A DNA stretch of 23,065 nt from Chiloscyllium plagiosum. Taxonomy: Eukaryota. This document shows positions 20,040 through 23,065 of the stretch, piece after piece (position 1 is the first letter of the stretch; each line of letters starts with the position of its first letter). The notes below the pieces were generated by a model. That model had not been told where the DNA came from and made no database searches. It saw only the letters and a list, made by a program, of their open reading frames with translations. The DNA lies in NCBI RefSeq assembly GCF_004010195.1, contig NC_057750.1, forward strand, positions 1,312,808-1,335,872. Reading direction: 5' to 3'. A program made the position numbers and the translations under genes.

Positions 20040-21835
20040 ACAGTACAATACACTGTGTACAGTATAAACAGTGTGTCCAGTATAATACTGTGTATGATAC
20101 AATACTGTGTGTACAGTAGTGCTGTGTACAGTATAATGCTGTATGTACAATACAGTGCCGTGTGTAGAGTACAATGCTGTGTGTATAATACAATACTGTG
20201 TGTACAATACAGTGCTGTGTGTACAGTATAATACTGTGTGTACAATACAGTGTTGTGTGTAGAGTACAGTACTGTGTGTATAATACAATACTGTGTGTAC
20301 AGTACAGTGCTGTGTGTACAAAACAGTGTTGTGTATAGAGTACAGTACTATGTGTATAATACAATACTGTGTGTACAGTACAGTGCTGTGTGTAGAGTAT
20401 AATACTGTGTGTATAATACAGTGCTGTGTGTACAGTACAGTACAGTGCTGTGTGTACAAAACAGTGCTGTGTATAGAGTACAGTACTATGTGTATAATAC
20501 AGTACTGTGTGTACAGTACAGTGCTGTGTGTAGAGTATAATACCGTGTGTATAATACAGTGCTGTGTGTACAGTACAGTACAGTGCTGTGTGTAGAGTAA
20601 AATGTGTGTACAGTACAGTAGTGTGTTCAGTACAATTCTGTGTATAATATAATACTGTGTGTACAGTACAGTGCTGTGTGTACAATACAGTGCTGTGTGT
20701 AGAGTACAATACTGAGTGTGCAGTACAGTGCTGTGTGTAGAGTACAGTGCTGTGTGTAGAGTACAATACTGTGTGTACAGTACAGTGCTGCATGTAGAGT
20801 ACAATACTGTGTGTATAGTACAGTGCTGCATGTAGAGTACAATACTGTGTATAGTACAGTGCTGTGTGTAGAGTACAATACTGTGTGTATAGTACAGTGC
20901 TGCATGTAGAGTACAATACTGTGTGTACAGTACAGTGCCGCGTGTAGAGTACAATACTGTGTGTACAGTACAGTGCCGCGTGTAGAGTACAATACTGTGT
21001 GTATAGTACAGTGCTGTGTGTAGAGTACAATACTGTGTATAGTACAGTGCTGTGTGTAGAGTACAATACTGTGTGTATAGTACAGTGCTGCGTGTAGAGT
21101 ACAATACTGTGTGTACAGTACAGTGCCGCGTGTAGAGTACAATACTGTGTGTACAATACAGTGCTGTGTGTAGAGTACAATACTGTGTGTACAGTACAGT
21201 GCTGCGTGTAGAGTACAATATTGTGTGTACAGTACAGTGCTGCATGTAGAGTACAATACTGTGTGAACAGTACAGTGCCGCGTGTAGAGTACAATACTGT
21301 CTGTACAGTACAGTGCTGTGTGTAGAGTACAATACTGTGTGTACAGTACAGTGCTGCGTGTAGAGTACAATACTGTCTGTACAGTACAGTGCTGTGTGTA
21401 GAGTACAATACTGTGTGTACAGTACAGTGCTGCATGTAGAGTACAATACTGTGTGTACAGTACAGTGCTGCGTGTAGAGTACAATATTGTGTGTACAGTA
21501 CAGTGCTGCATGTAGAGTACAATACTGTCTGTACAGTACAGTGCTGCATGTAGAGTACAATACTATGTGTACAGTACAGTGCTGCATGTAGAGTACAATA
21601 TTGTGTGTACAGTGCAGTGCTGCGTGTAGAGTACAATACTGTGTGTACAGTACAGTGCTGTGTGTAGAGTACAATACTATGTGTACAGTACAGTGCTGCG
21701 TGTAGAGTACAATATTGTGAGTACAGTACAGTGCTGCATGTAGAGTACAATACTATGTGTACAGTACAGTGCTGCGTGTAGAGTACAATACTGTGTGTAC
21801 AGTACAGTGCTGCGTGTAGAGTACAATACTGTGTG
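20040..21835. repeat. ~1.8 kb minisatellite, 38 bp unit made of two related 19-mers
   Basis: GTACAATACTGTGTGTACA + GTACAGTGCTGCGTGTAGA. Units start at, for example, 21441 and 21479. Confidence 0.97.
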
Positions 21836-22084
21836 GTCCCACTTTGAGCTTGCTGGCAACCATTTCATTAGAAAATTTCAAACAATGCCAGAGCTTGTAA
21901 CTCTCGACTCATTGGCAACAAGCAGTGACTCGCCAATGTCAAACTTTCATAATCTCTCACTTAGAAATTACACAGACTTTTATCGACCAAGATGGAGTTT
22001 CATACATTTACTGAATCCCAGAACAAACATAATCAGAGTCTCTTTAACGTGTGTGCTTTACTTTCTGAGAATTAAAAGTTCAAG

Positions 22085-22450
22085 GCATGATCAGGGATGT
22101 GAGCTTTGCTGTCTGGACCTATATTTATGTATTGTCCATCCCTAGTTGCTCCTTGAGAAAGTGGTAGTGAGCTGTCATCTTGAGCGTTGCAGTTCATGTG
22201 CTGTGAGTGGACACGCACTGCCTTTAAGGAGGGAATTCCAGGATTTTAACCCAGCGACACTGAAGGAGCAGTGATTTATTTCCAGGTCAGGATGGTGAGT
22301 GGTTTGTAGGGGAACGGGCAGGGGGGGAGGGGGTTCCCATGGATCAATTTCCATTGTTCTTCCAGCTGGAAGTGGTTGTGGTAGCTGCAGTGGTTCTGAA
22401 CCACACTGGTACAAATCCTCAGTCTGGGCTGTGCTGATGGGGTGTGACAT
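22085..22450 (-). mobile_element. LINE 3' end fragment (CR1/L2-group)
   Basis: Minus-strand HTILTWK-like / FSVAGLKSWNSL motifs, typical of LINE ORF2 C-termini, followed by a short 3' UTR. Confidence 0.7.
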
Positions 22451-22669
22451 TTGGGATCAGGCCACTGGACTATTGGAGGGGAGAACAACTCTAGCAAACC
22501 AAACAATTGCTGGGTGGGAGTGGGTGAGGGCTCGATAAGGCAGGGTTGTGGTCTTCAATTAGTCAATGACCTGTCTATGTCATTGCTAAGGCCACTAATT
22601 TCCAAGCCGATAAACTTATCTGTATGTGTCGCTCCCTTAGTTCACCTGCTGGTGACACTCACATTGCAG

Positions 22670-22910
22670 CCCTGTTACCTCCACACTTAATGATTCTAAT
22701 GTACCCCTGCCTCACCTCGCATACCCTGTTCTCCATAAACGTGAGCACTTCCAAAAAGCTGCTACCTGCCTCCTAATTCACACCAAGTCCTGTGCACACT
22801 AATCCTCACGTTTACTGACCTCCAGATTAATTAACAGCACAATGTTAACAATCCTAACCTTGTTTTCAATCCCCTCCATGGCCTGCCCCCTCCCTATCTT
22901 TGTAACCCCC
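22670..22910 (+). mobile_element. Decayed L2 LINE ORF2 C-terminal region
   Basis: Degenerate Q..AA..L..T (CAAAAAGCTGCT...CACACCAAG) and ILTLVFNPLHGLPPPYLCN, resembling L2 IL.LVFK.LHGLAPPYL. Confidence 0.6.
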
Positions 22911-23065
22911 TCCATGGCCTGCCCCCTCCCTATCTCTGTAACCCCCTCCATGGTCTGCCCCCTCCCTATCTCTGTAACCCCCTCCATGGCCTGCCCCCTC
23001 CCTATCTCTGTAGCTTCCTCCACAATCTCACCCCTCTCTCTCTCTGTAACCCCCTCCCCCATCTC
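22870..23065. repeat. 36 bp minisatellite (CCCCCTCCATGGCCTGCCCCCTCCCTATCTCTGTAA)n, 4 good units then degenerate; runs off the window
   Basis: Directly visible; 12-aa periodic ORF. Confidence 0.93.

Noticed and set aside
19974..21750. 566, 579 and 294 aa ORFs
   Set aside because: They are overlapping periodic translations of a 38 bp repeat that lacks stops on that strand, so they are not evidence of a gene.

Overview
Repeat-dense vertebrate non-coding DNA (intronic or intergenic), most likely from a cartilaginous fish. That assignment is inferred from HE1-like V-SINEs, a DeuSINE/SacSINE1-like SINE and abundant CR1/HER1-like LINE fragments, all recognised from memory without a database search. 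No protein-coding gene can be supported: the ORFs I can recognise are decayed LINE ORF2 pieces or tandem-repeat artefacts. The most notable signal is a family of short (about 95-215 bp) non-coding insertions with at least 6 copies, several flanked by 7-15 bp target-site duplications. Their end carries a minimal type I hammerhead ribozyme motif (ATTC-CTGAWGA-A-GGGC-n4-GCCC-GAAAC-GTC-GAWT), and three copies are fold-backs that turn around at this motif. This architecture matches Penelope-like element pseudo-LTRs. Also present are three minisatellites (33, 19/38 and 36 bp units; two arose inside retroelements), nested insertions and a local ~245 bp duplication with a conserved hairpin-prone core. 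Boundaries of old repeats are approximate.
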